DNA of 32,000 bases from Cupriavidus necator (GCF_016127575.1 NZ_CP066018.1:2100001-2132000); one strand, 5' to 3'; counted from the first letter of the stretch, positions 7,255 to 15,650 are shown. Numbers and translations: made by a program. Notes: a model not told the origin generated them from the sequence alone.

Positions 7255-8066
7255 AGGCCGCGCTGCCGCCGGAGGGCGGTCCCGGCAACGACGGACAAGT
7301 CACGCTCACGATGCAGGGGCAGGTCGCAACGCTGACGTTCGACCGACCAGCCGCGCGCAATGCGATGACGTGGGCCATGTACGAGCAACTCGCCACGCAT
7401 TGCCGCGCGCTTGCGGCGCAAGGCAATGCGGGTGCGCGCGTGGTGGTGCTGCGCGGCGCGGGCGGAGAGGCCTTTGTCGCAGGTACTGACATTGCGCAGT
7501 TCCAGCAGTTCTCCAGCGGCGAGGACGGGGTTGCCTACGAAGCGCGTATCGACGAAGGCGTCCGCCTTGTCGAGCAACTGCCGATGCCAACTGTGGCGGT
7601 TATCGAAGGCTGGGCGGTGGGCGGCGGCCTGGCCATCGCCACTGCGTGCGACTTCCGTGTCGCGACGCCCAAGGCCCGCTTTGGCGTGCCGATTGCGCGC
7701 ACGCTGGGCAACACGCTGTCGGCACTGAACCTTGCCAAGCTGCGTGCGGCCTGGGGGCTGCAGCCGGTGCGCCGCATGCTGCTGCTGGCGCAGATCCTCG
7801 ACGCCGAGGCTGCGCTCGCGTGCGGGTTTCTTGAGGGTGTGTACGCTGCCGACGCGCTGGAGGCCGAGGTCGTCTCGCTATGCGACCGGCTTGGCGCGCT
7901 GGCGCCTGTCACGCAGACGGTGGTCAAGGAGGCGTTGCGGCGCCAGACCGTGCAGTCGGTGGCCGACACGGATGACCTGGTGCGCTTGTGCTACGGCAGC
8001 GGTGACTTCCGGGAAGGGGTGGATGCGTTCGTGAACCGGCGCCCGCCGGTATGGAAAGGGAGTTGA
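7251..8066 (+). CDS. enoyl-CoA hydratase/isomerase (crotonase) family protein
   Basis: ATG at 7251 overlaps the upstream TGA (ATGA), which suggests translational coupling. Contains TLTFDRPAARNAMT, VVVLRGAGGEAFVAGTDI, VAVIEGWAVGGGLAIATACDFRVA and GDFREGVDAFVNRRPPVW. Confidence 0.9.
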   Translation: MKAALPPEGGPGNDGQVTLTMQGQVATLTFDRPAARNAMTWAMYEQLATHCRALAAQGNAGARVVVLRGAGGEAFVAGTDIAQFQQFSSGEDGVAYEARIDEGVRLVEQLPMPTVAVIEGWAVGGGLAIATACDFRVATPKARFGVPIARTLGNTLSALNLAKLRAAWGLQPVRRMLLLAQILDAEAALACGFLEGVYAADALEAEVVSLCDRLGALAPVTQTVVKEALRRQTVQSVADTDDLVRLCYGSGDFREGVDAFVNRRPPVWKGS

Positions 8067-8379
8067 ACGTCGGGGCCTCGTACGCCAGCCGCCGGTGTTT
8101 CAAAATTGAAACCATCTGGCTGATTTACCGTGCAACCGACACATCGCGCGAGCGTCACGCGCCCGCTCGTCAGCCTCCCGCCACGGGTGGCCCGCGATAT
8201 GCATCACATTAATGCTATGGGCGATAAAGACGCTCGAGCCTGCATGCCTGAACCTGTGCCATGCAGTGGGTGTCACCAGCGCGGCTGGCGGTGGAATCGG
8301 TGCAAGATGGCATTTGAAGGTCTGTGCCATCGCCGCGCCGCTTCTACCGTCTGGTTGCCGTCTCAGGAAGGAGCGCGCC

Positions 8380-8853
8380 ATGAAGAACAAGCTTCCCCCG
8401 ATTGCCACACTGGCCTTCGGCGTCTGCCTGACGATGTCTGCGGCATTGGCTGCCCCGCCGGGCGACATGGTCATGGTCACTGCCGACGAGGTCAAATGGG
8501 CGGACCTTCCACTGATACCGGGTGCCAAACTTGCCGTCCTCGAGGGGAAGATGGACAAGAAAGCGCCGTTCACGGCCCGGATCAAGCTGCCCGCGGATGC
8601 CAAGGTGCCGGCGCACTGGCACCCGGGCGTGGAGCGGGTGACCGTGCTTTCCGGGACGTTCAACTATGGCATGGGCGACAAGCTCGACCCGGAAAAGACC
8701 TCGCCGCTCGGCGCCGGCAGCCTGATTGTCATGCCACCCAAGATGCGCCACTTTGGCTGGACCAAGGAGGAAACCGTTATCCAGATCAATGCGTCGGGGC
8801 CCTGGGCTTTCAACTTCGTCAACCCGGCTGATGATCCCAGGAAGAAGAAGTAA
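8380..8853 (+). CDS. secreted cupin domain protein
   Basis: ATG at 8380 behind AGGAAGGAG. Signal peptide MKNKLPPIATLAFGVCLTMSAALA. Cupin-like metal motifs HWHPGVERVTVLSG and GSLIVMPPKMRHFGW. Confidence 0.7.
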   Translation: MKNKLPPIATLAFGVCLTMSAALAAPPGDMVMVTADEVKWADLPLIPGAKLAVLEGKMDKKAPFTARIKLPADAKVPAHWHPGVERVTVLSGTFNYGMGDKLDPEKTSPLGAGSLIVMPPKMRHFGWTKEETVIQINASGPWAFNFVNPADDPRKKK

Positions 8854-8973
8854 TGCCTGGTGCGGGGCTATGGATGTCTCAAAGCGGCGCAAGCCGCGGG
8901 CAGGACCATAGCAGGCATCGGACGTGGCAAATACCTGATGGAGAGGGCGGTGGCTTGCGGCAATTGCCATGAC

Positions 8974-9771
8974 ATGCGTGCGATTCGACGGCTGGCGGTA
9001 ATCCTTGCACTGGTACTCGCTGGCTGTGCGGGGCCCCGGACGGCACCCACGCCTGATGCGCGGAGCGCATTGGCGCCGACGGGGAAACTCCGCGTCGGAT
9101 TCATATCGGGCTCCCCGATCCATGCGACGAAGGATGCTGCGTCAGGGGAGTTCAGAGGCGTTGCCGTTGACCTCGGCAAGGAAATGGCGCGGCGTCTCGG
9201 CGTTTCGTTCGAGCCCGTTGCCTACACTTCGGTCCCGGCGTTGATCGCCGGCGCAAAAACCGGGGAGTGGGATGTCGCCACGATGGGAATCAGTACCGAG
9301 CGCGCGTCGGTCGTGGACTTTACCGCGCCATACATGGAGGTCGAGTTCAGCTACCTCGTTCCGCCGGGTTCGCGCATCACCACGCTGGCGGACGTCGACA
9401 GGCCCGGTGTCCGGATTGGCGTGGTGGAAAAGAGCTCGCCGGATGCCTATCTTGCCAGCACCATGCGGAGTGCCACGCTGGTTCGGTCTTCAACTATTGC
9501 AGACATGGTTGAATCGCTGCGGGCCGGAAGGACAGATGTCATTTTCGGAACCAAGGCAGGCATGTACAGCCAGGCCGAGAAACTCGCGGGTTCGCGCGTG
9601 CTAGAGGGCCGGTCCGGCGGGGAGAAGGCCGGGATGGCAACGCCGAAAGGACGGGATTACAGTGCTGCCTACGCGCGCAAGTTTGTCGAGAGCGCGAAAT
9701 CCGAAGGCCTGGTTGAGGCGGCGATCGAACGCGCCGCATTGCGCGGAGTCGTTGCCGCTCCGCGTGAATAG
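8974..9771 (+). CDS. periplasmic solute-binding protein, family 3 (amino-acid ABC type), lipoprotein signal
   Basis: Lipoprotein signal MRAIRRLAVILALVLAGC (lipobox). LRVGFISGSPIHA...GEFRGVAVDLGKEMARRLGV.FEPVAY, plus DVATMGIS.ERASVVDFTAPYM, is typical of PBPb/SBP_bac_3. No permease or ATPase gene lies adjacent. Confidence 0.8.
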   Translation: MRAIRRLAVILALVLAGCAGPRTAPTPDARSALAPTGKLRVGFISGSPIHATKDAASGEFRGVAVDLGKEMARRLGVSFEPVAYTSVPALIAGAKTGEWDVATMGISTERASVVDFTAPYMEVEFSYLVPPGSRITTLADVDRPGVRIGVVEKSSPDAYLASTMRSATLVRSSTIADMVESLRAGRTDVIFGTKAGMYSQAEKLAGSRVLEGRSGGEKAGMATPKGRDYSAAYARKFVESAKSEGLVEAAIERAALRGVVAAPRE

Positions 9772-9893
9772 TATGCGCTAACACCTGCATCACCCGGCTA
9801 CGACTTCGTTTCCGCCGATTCCAGAGTCCTCTCAATGCCCGCTCGGGCAAGTCCAAAGACAATGCTCCGATCCACTCGGATTGTGCTTATTTT

Positions 9894-9915
9894 CTGGTTG
9901 TCACTTGACAACCAG
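9894..9915. promoter_or_regulatory. perfect 10-bp inverted repeat (CTGGTTGTCA-CT-TGACAACCAG); candidate operator overlapping a TTGACA -35-like hexamer
   Basis: The palindrome was read directly. TTGACA at 9905-9910 is followed by a 17-nt spacer and TAGTCT at 9928-9933, 12 nt upstream of the 9945 start. That would give an almost leaderless mRNA, so the promoter call is tentative. Confidence 0.35.
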
Positions 9916-9944
9916 TCATTGCGCATCTAGTCTCGGAGACACGA

Positions 9945-10229
9945 ATGACCCGCGCCAGGCACCCAAGGAAGGAGATTGAGGCCGCACTCAGGCATGCAGC
10001 GCTGCATGGCTGGCGTGTCGAGCAGGCCAAGGGCAACGGTCATGCGTGGGGCCGCATCTACTGCCCCGACAACCACAAGGAATGCCGCTGCGGCGAGTTC
10101 TGTGTATCCAGCGTCTGGAGCACGCCGAAGAATCCGGGCAACCACGCCAATGCCATCCGGCGGATCGTGGACAACTGCTCGCATCAGCGGGAAGTGACAA
10201 CGCTGCGCGTACTGCAATTCAGGACATGA
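9945..10229 (+). CDS. small Cys-rich protein, possibly a HicA-like toxin
   Basis: 94 aa. KEIEAALRHAALHGWRVEQAKGNGHAWGRIYCP...VWSTPKNPGNHANAIRRIVDNC loosely parallels the HicA pattern (GW-V...KGSHH...P.P...G....I.KQ), with an inserted C-x6-C-x-C-x3-C cluster. Its stop overlaps the next start (ATGA at 10226-10229). Confidence 0.45.
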   Translation: MTRARHPRKEIEAALRHAALHGWRVEQAKGNGHAWGRIYCPDNHKECRCGEFCVSSVWSTPKNPGNHANAIRRIVDNCSHQREVTTLRVLQFRT

Positions 10230-10753
10230 CCATGGAATACGCCTTCACCCTCAAATTTCACCTGTCGCAGGCGGACGGCGATACCGATGTGCTGGTCGAA
10301 CGCCTGGCCGAGGCGGGGTGTGATGACGCGCTGGTGGGCACCGGCCTGCCGGGCCGCGTGGCGCTGGCGTTTGTCCGCGAGGCGGAGTCGGCGCGGGCGG
10401 CCATGGTGAGTGCCCTGGCCGATGCCCGCCGCGCCATGCCATCGGCCACGCTGATCGAGGCGGCGCCGGACCTGGTCGGGCTGACGGATATTGCCGAGAT
10501 GGTTGGCGTGTCTCGCCAGAACATGCGCAAGCTGATGCTTGGCTACCCGGATTCCTTCCCGGTGCCGGTGCATGAAGGCAGCAGTTCGCTGTGGCACTTG
10601 CTGGACGTGATCGTGTGGCTGGGGCAGCGTGGCTACGACATTAAGCCGGAGCTCCTTGAAATCGCGGCCACGGCGATGCAGGTGAACCTGGCCAGGTGCG
10701 CCAGCCAGGTGGCACCGGCGATGGCGCGGGAGTTCCGGTCGCTGGTGGCTTAG
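10226..10753 (+). CDS. two-domain DNA-binding protein (N-terminal alpha/beta domain plus C-terminal HTH), candidate antitoxin/regulator
   Basis: ATG at 10226 is translationally coupled to the upstream ORF. HTH-like segment LVGLTDIAEMVGVSRQNMRKLM. The N-terminal domain YAFTLKFHL...DVLVERLAEAGCDDALVG...GRVALAFVREAESA is common in HicB-like or orphan antitoxin proteins. Confidence 0.65.
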   Translation: MTMEYAFTLKFHLSQADGDTDVLVERLAEAGCDDALVGTGLPGRVALAFVREAESARAAMVSALADARRAMPSATLIEAAPDLVGLTDIAEMVGVSRQNMRKLMLGYPDSFPVPVHEGSSSLWHLLDVIVWLGQRGYDIKPELLEIAATAMQVNLARCASQVAPAMAREFRSLVA

Positions 10754-10876
10754 CGGTCGGCCGTCGACTCCGCTTCCCGGCCCATCCTTTTCGGGTGGTG
10801 GTACGAATCCCGGCCTTTGGCCAAGATGCCCGGACAACCGCCCTAGCCGGGCACCACAACCAGAAGTGGAGACAAG

Positions 10877-11158
10877 ATGGCCGAATCAGACGTGAAAGCC
10901 GTGATGGGCGAGTTCTTCGCCGCCTTTGCCCGCGCAGACATGGAGCGCTTCGCCGCGTGCCTGGACGATGAGTTCGTCTGGACCCTGCCCACCGGCGAAT
11001 CCGACCCGCATGGCCTGGTTGTGCGCGGCAAGGCTGCCGCCACGGACTACCTGAAGCAGCGCTTCTTTGCAGACAAGGCCAATGCGCCGGTGCTGTCGGA
11101 CGTCAAGCTTGAGTACACCGGTGATCTGGCCATCATGCGCTTTCGCGTACAGGTGCCG
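10877..11158 (+). pseudogene. SnoaL/NTF2-like protein, 3'-truncated
   Basis: VKAVMGEFFAAFARADMERFAACLDDEFVWTLP...GKAAATDYLKQRF...LEYTGDLAIMRFRVQ is NTF2-like. After about residue 94 the frame reads through antisense membrane-protein sequence (the ORF-track tail to 11527 is Arg/Gln-rich nonsense). Confidence 0.5.
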
Positions 11159-11478
11159 GCCAGCGATCAGCAGCACGGCCATCGCCAGCCGCGTCGCCAG
11201 GCGGGCGGGCAGGGTGACCGCCATCAGCGTGCCGAGCAGCGCCATCGGCAAGCCCAGTGTCAGCGTCAGCCCGGTCGACCCATAGTGATGCCGACGATCA
11301 GCGACAGCAGGCCCAGCACCCACAGCATGGCCGTCATCAGCTGGTCTGCGCGACGATGCACGCCTTGCAGCAGCGGGGTGTGCGGCGCGGCTGGCGCAGA
11401 AACGGAACTGCCTGCGGCACGGCGGGCAGGGATGGTCGCGGACAGCCGTCCGGACAGGGCGTGGTCAGCGCTGGTCAT
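11159..11478 (-). pseudogene. N-terminal fragment of a membrane transporter-like gene, frameshifted and 3'-truncated
   Basis: ATG at 11478 behind GAGGGA. MTSADHAL...MTAMLWVLGLLSLIVGIT continues in another frame as GSTGLTLTLGLPMALLGTLMAVTLPARLATRLAMAVLLIAG, then runs into the antisense of the NTF2 gene at about 11150-11165. Confidence 0.4.
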
Positions 11479-11616
11479 GGTTCCCTCGCAGCGTAAGTCA
11501 AGAAGACGCTGCACCCCGTCCGCCTGATGGCTTATTGTTTTAATGTCTTAATTTATGGCGTTGCGCGGCTGATTATATCGACGCCTGCCCGCTGCAACAG
11601 GCTCGGCCCGCGCGCC

Positions 11617-12654
11617 TTAATCCAACAGCGCCACCTGCACGTCGCGCGTGCCCTGGTACGGGTTGCGGCCGTGCCAGACCTGCAGGTTGTCCAGCACCAT
11701 CACGTCGCCATCGCGCCAGGGCCAGCTATAGGTGGTCTGGTCGCACAGTTGGTCGATATGCGCGCGTTCGGCATCGGTCAGGCGTTCGCCATTGCCCAGC
11801 GTGGCGCCGGTCGGGTACTTCTGGCGCTTGCGCCGTTCCAGGTCCTGCTCGGGGTTCTCCACCTGCGGCAGCATATGCAGGATCGACCGGTACAGCTTGC
11901 GTCCGGTCTGCGGATGTACCACGAACGGCTCCAGCGCATTGAGCACGGTCAGGCTGCCGTCTTCATGCCAGACTGGTTCCAGCCCGCGCTCGGCGCACAG
12001 CCGGTTCACCTCGGCCGGGTCCTCGGTATGGAACGACTGGTTCCAGCCGCGCTCGTCCATATGCGCGTAAGAGGCATCGTCGGCATCGCGCCGCGGTCCG
12101 AAGTTGATCGCGGTGCGGCTGCCCAGCGTGGCGAGCCTGCCGGCCAGTTCTGGGTCCATGCGCTCGGCCAGGTGGCGCACATCGGTGATCAGGGTTTCGC
12201 CGCCCACCTCGGCGGTCTTGCGCGAGAAGAAGGCGATGCGGCGCGGGTAGTCGCGGCGGTAAGCCATTTCGGAATGTACCGCCAGGCGCACGCTGGCCGA
12301 CAGCCGCGTGGCTTCCATCACGCGGCCGCTGATGGTTTCGCGCGGGGCGCGGCCGCCGGCGTAGCCACCGTCGAAGGCCGGAAACTGCTCGATGAAGTCG
12401 GCAAAGTCCTCCGTGCCGGCGGTCGGGAAGCCGCGCAGCACGATCCCGCCATGTTCCAGGATCAGCGCGTCCAGCGCCGGGCGCACCGTGCGCGACCACT
12501 GGCGGAACTGCGCGCGGTCCAGCAGGCGTTCGCCGGCCGGTTCGATGAACAGCGGCGGGCGGCCGGGCTGCAGCACGTGGCAGCGCACATCGGGGCCAAG
12601 GGCGGGAACGGCTACTGCGAAGGTTGCCGCATCGGCGGCGGTGGCTTGGGTCAT
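11617..12654 (-). CDS. TauD/TfdA family Fe(II)/2-oxoglutarate dioxygenase
   Basis: 345 aa. GGIVLRGFP...FADFIEQF, the HSE facial-triad-like motif (LAVHSEMAY), and C-terminal W.DGDVMVLDN..V.HGR are typical of TauD/SyrP-like dioxygenases. Confidence 0.88.
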   Translation of the reverse strand: MTQATAADAATFAVAVPALGPDVRCHVLQPGRPPLFIEPAGERLLDRAQFRQWSRTVRPALDALILEHGGIVLRGFPTAGTEDFADFIEQFPAFDGGYAGGRAPRETISGRVMEATRLSASVRLAVHSEMAYRRDYPRRIAFFSRKTAEVGGETLITDVRHLAERMDPELAGRLATLGSRTAINFGPRRDADDASYAHMDERGWNQSFHTEDPAEVNRLCAERGLEPVWHEDGSLTVLNALEPFVVHPQTGRKLYRSILHMLPQVENPEQDLERRKRQKYPTGATLGNGERLTDAERAHIDQLCDQTTYSWPWRDGDVMVLDNLQVWHGRNPYQGTRDVQVALLD

Positions 12655-12690
12655 GTTGTCTCCAGTCTTGTGCTCAGGTCGAAGGCGGGG

Positions 12691-13461
12691 TCAGTGCCGG
12701 TAGGACGGGTCGATGTGGTCCAGCTCGCGCCGCACCGCCGCCCATTCGCGGTCGCCGCGGATGGCTACGCGGCCGAAGGCCTTGCGGCTGGCTTCCAGCG
12801 ATGCCGGTGACGGCATCACCAGTTCGCCGCCAGCCATGGCATCGACCTGGATCTTGCAGGCCGATTCCAGCCAGTAGATGTTGAAGAAGGCTTCGGCGAT
12901 GGTGCGCCCGCATACCAGCAGGCCGTGGTTGCGCAGGATCATCGCGTTGTGCTGGCCCAGGTCCTGCACCAGCTGGCCCTGCTGGGCCAGGTCGACTACC
13001 GGGCCGGAGAAGTCGTGGTACGCAATGCGCCCGTAGAACATATGCGCCTGCTGCGACACCGGCAGCAGGCCGCAGGCCATGGCCGATACCGCCGACGATG
13101 CGCGCGTATGCGTGTGCAGCACGCACAGCGCATCATGGCGCGCGGCGTGCACGGCGGTGTGGATCACGTAGGCGGCGGGGTTCAGGCCCAGCTCTCCGGC
13201 ATCGCGCTCGGGCCGGTGGACGATGTCGCCGTTCAGGTGGATCTTGTACAGGCTGGACGCGTTTACTTCCTGGTACAGCAGCCCGTAGGGGTTGAGCAGG
13301 ATGTGCTCAGGCTCGCCCGGAACGCGCGCGGTGATGTGGTTGTAGATCAGGTCGGTCATGCCGTACCGGTGGATGGCGCGGTAGAGCGCGGCCAGCTCGA
13401 TGCGGGTGGCCCACTCGGCGTCCGAAATGGCGGCGGGACGGATGGGATCGGTTTCGCTCAT
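12691..13461 (-). CDS. class II aldolase/adducin family protein
   Basis: RIELAALYRAIHRYGMTDLIYNHITARVPG, AAYVIHTAVHAARHDALCVLHTHT and MILRNHGLLVCGRTIAEAF match the class II aldolase/adducin N-terminal domain. Confidence 0.9.
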   Translation of the reverse strand: MSETDPIRPAAISDAEWATRIELAALYRAIHRYGMTDLIYNHITARVPGEPEHILLNPYGLLYQEVNASSLYKIHLNGDIVHRPERDAGELGLNPAAYVIHTAVHAARHDALCVLHTHTRASSAVSAMACGLLPVSQQAHMFYGRIAYHDFSGPVVDLAQQGQLVQDLGQHNAMILRNHGLLVCGRTIAEAFFNIYWLESACKIQVDAMAGGELVMPSPASLEASRKAFGRVAIRGDREWAAVRRELDHIDPSYRH

Positions 13462-13488
13462 GCGATGGCTCCTTTGCGTGCGTAGGGC

Positions 13489-14481
13489 TCAGTCCAGCCG
13501 GATGCCGAGCTCGGCCACCAGCCGCTTGTCGCTGGCGAATTGCGAAGCGGCGTAGTGCTGGTAGTCGGCGGTATTCATATGGCGGTTGGGCATCGATTCG
13601 GATTCGAGCGCGCGCAGGTAGGCAGGGTCCGATGTGGCCTGGCGGAAGGCATCGTGCAGCGTGGCGACCACCGCGGGGTCCAGCGCGCGCGGGCCGGCGA
13701 TGCCGATTTCGGACTGCACGGTGATGTCGTAGCCCAGCTCGCGCAGCGTGGGCACGGCCTGCCAGCGCTTCAGGCGCTGCGGCTCGGCCACGGCCAGCAG
13801 GCGTACCTTGCCGGCTTCAGCCATGGCGCCCCAGCCGGCTTCGATCATCACGTCGACATGGCCACCCAGCAGCGCGGACAACGCATCGGCGCCGCCCTTG
13901 AAGGGGATGAAATTGAGCTTGATGCCGGCCTGCTGTTCCAGCCGGCGCACGGTGATCTGGCCGAGCGAGCCGGTGCCGACCGATGCCACGTTGACCTTGC
14001 CAGGGTTGGCGCGCGCGTGCTCGACGAAGTCGCCAAAGCGCTTCCAAGGCGAGCCCGCTGGCACCGAGATCCCGTACACATAGCTGGTCAGGCCGATGAT
14101 GTAGGTGAAGTCCTTGATCGCGTCGTAGTTCACCGGCTGCAGGTGCGGCAGGCGGAACAACGCCGGTGTGATCAGCGCCAGCGTGTAGCCGTCGCGCGCC
14201 GCGCTGCGCGCCATCGCGGCGGGCCCGAGCGTGCCGCTGACGCCGGGCTGGTTCTGGATCACGATGGGCTGGCCCAGGGTCTTCGATGCCGCCAGGCACA
14301 GCGCGCGCATCTGCACGTCGGTGGCGCCGCCGGCGGTGAAGGGCACGATCAGGGTGATGGGGCGCGCGGGCCAGGCCTGGGCGCGCACGGTGGCGGGCAG
14401 GCTGAGCATGGCAGGGAAGAGCGCGGCGGCCGGCATGGCCTTGAGCAGTGTGCGCCGGCGGGCGTCGGGTGGGCGGGGCAT
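13489..14481 (-). CDS. Bug family (TctC-like) substrate-binding protein
   Basis: Tat-like signal ARRRTLLKAMPAAALFPAMLSLPATVRA. PITLIVPFTAGGATDVQMR, QNQPGVSG, DGYTLAL and FIPFKGGADA are present. Lies 27 nt upstream of the aldolase gene, so likely in an operon. Confidence 0.9.
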   Translation of the reverse strand: MPRPPDARRRTLLKAMPAAALFPAMLSLPATVRAQAWPARPITLIVPFTAGGATDVQMRALCLAASKTLGQPIVIQNQPGVSGTLGPAAMARSAARDGYTLALITPALFRLPHLQPVNYDAIKDFTYIIGLTSYVYGISVPAGSPWKRFGDFVEHARANPGKVNVASVGTGSLGQITVRRLEQQAGIKLNFIPFKGGADALSALLGGHVDVMIEAGWGAMAEAGKVRLLAVAEPQRLKRWQAVPTLRELGYDITVQSEIGIAGPRALDPAVVATLHDAFRQATSDPAYLRALESESMPNRHMNTADYQHYAASQFASDKRLVAELGIRLD

Positions 14482-14643
14482 GTGGTCTCCTTGTCTGGTC
14501 TGCGGCAGCGCGGGCGGGCTGGTTGCCGGATGCGTTCGAAGCGTCCCGTGTGGTCCGGGCTCTGCGCGATCGCCGTCCTGTGCTGCATGCGGAAAAGTCT
14601 ATGGCGCATGTCGGCGCGCATTGATGCCGGCGCCCGGCAAACC

Positions 14644-14660
14644 GATTCCGAACCGGAATC
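14644..14660. promoter_or_regulatory. LTTR-box-like palindrome GATTCCG-AAC-CGGAATC (contains T-N11-A)
   Basis: Perfect 7-bp arms in the divergent intergenic region between the Bug-aldolase-dioxygenase operon (start 14481) and the LysR gene (start 14728). Confidence 0.4.
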
Positions 14661-14727
14661 GCGGACTAAAATGCCCCGGCCACCGTCGCAACATCGCGCT
14701 ATATCGGCCAACCACAGGAATCGCTGC

Positions 14728-15627
14728 ATGAAGACCGAAGACCTCAGACTGTTCCTGGTGGTGGCCGAGCACGGCAACCTGCACAAGGCTGCCGGCACGC
14801 TGGGGCTGACCCAGTCGTCGCTGTCCAAGGTATTGGCGCGGCTGGAGGGCGAGGCCGGACTGCAGCTGTTCGAGCGCATGCCGCGCGGCGTCATGCTGAC
14901 GCCGGTGGGCCACAAGCTGCTGGCGCACGCGCGGCGCATCGTGCTGGCCAATGACGATATGGAGAACGAGATCAACGACGAGCGCCAGGCGCGCGTCGGC
15001 CAGGTGCGCGTGGCGACGCTGCCGCACGTGGTGCCGTCGCTGTTCTCGCCGCTGCTTGAGCAGTTCCTGGCCAGCCGGCCGCTGGCCAGGTTCTCGATCA
15101 CCACGCACCTGAGCCCGCAGCTGATGGCCGCGCTGCAGGGCGGCGAGGTGGACCTGGTCTGCGCCGCCATGCCGGACGGCGAAACCGATGGCGTCGAGTA
15201 CCTGCCGCTGGGCGCGCTGACGCTGCAGGTGGTGGCGCGCGCGGGGCATCCGCGGCGCGCGCGCTTCCGCTCGCTGGCCGATCTGGTGGACGAGCACTGG
15301 GTGGCGCCCGCCACCTCGCTCTATGTGCGCAGCGGCTTCGAGGGGCGCTTCACCAGCCGGGGCCTGCCGCCGCCGCGCGTGACCGTGGAAAGCACCAGTT
15401 CGTCAGTGTCATTCGCGGACCTGCTGCGCAACACCGACCTGCTCGGCATCATGCCGCAGCGGCTGCTGGGCCAGGCGGTGGCGCAGGGCCTGGAAGCCGT
15501 GGAGGGCGACGGCATGTGCTGGCAGTATGAGCTGGCCGTGTTCTGGCGATCCAGCGCCTACCTGTCGCCGCTGTGCCGCGACTTCCGCGACGCGCTGGTG
15601 CGCTGGTGCGGGGAAGCCGGCATCTGA
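14728..15627 (+). CDS. LysR family transcriptional regulator
   Basis: MKTEDLRLFLVVAEHGNLHKAAGTLGLTQSSLSKVLARLEGEAGLQLFERMPRGVMLTPVG. The ORF-track ORF 13540..15627 is trimmed to the ATG at 14728, because its upstream part is antisense to the Bug gene. Confidence 0.9.
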   Translation: MKTEDLRLFLVVAEHGNLHKAAGTLGLTQSSLSKVLARLEGEAGLQLFERMPRGVMLTPVGHKLLAHARRIVLANDDMENEINDERQARVGQVRVATLPHVVPSLFSPLLEQFLASRPLARFSITTHLSPQLMAALQGGEVDLVCAAMPDGETDGVEYLPLGALTLQVVARAGHPRRARFRSLADLVDEHWVAPATSLYVRSGFEGRFTSRGLPPPRVTVESTSSSVSFADLLRNTDLLGIMPQRLLGQAVAQGLEAVEGDGMCWQYELAVFWRSSAYLSPLCRDFRDALVRWCGEAGI

Positions 15628-15650
15628 GCCGATGCCGGCAACACCATGCC

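Noticed and set aside
8097-8112. Palindrome GTTTCAA-AA-TTGAAAC downstream of the enoyl-CoA hydratase gene
   Set aside because: It is short and AT-rich, has no U-tract, and there is no obvious gene to regulate. It is too weak to call a terminator or operator.
10793-10815. GGTACGAATCCCGG resembling a tRNA T-arm/T-loop (possible att-site remnant)
   Set aside because: The flanking bases do not form a T-stem (GGTGG versus CCCGG) or an acceptor stem. No cloverleaf can be drawn.
11527-12810. 427-aa plus-strand ORF antisense to the TauD-like gene
   Set aside because: It is a shadow ORF with no motifs. The opposite strand has the dioxygenase signature.
13540-14727. 5' extension of the LysR ORF (the track lists 13540..15627, 695 aa)
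   Set aside because: The upstream 396 codons are antisense to the Bug gene and low-complexity. The LysR wHTH begins right after the ATG at 14728.
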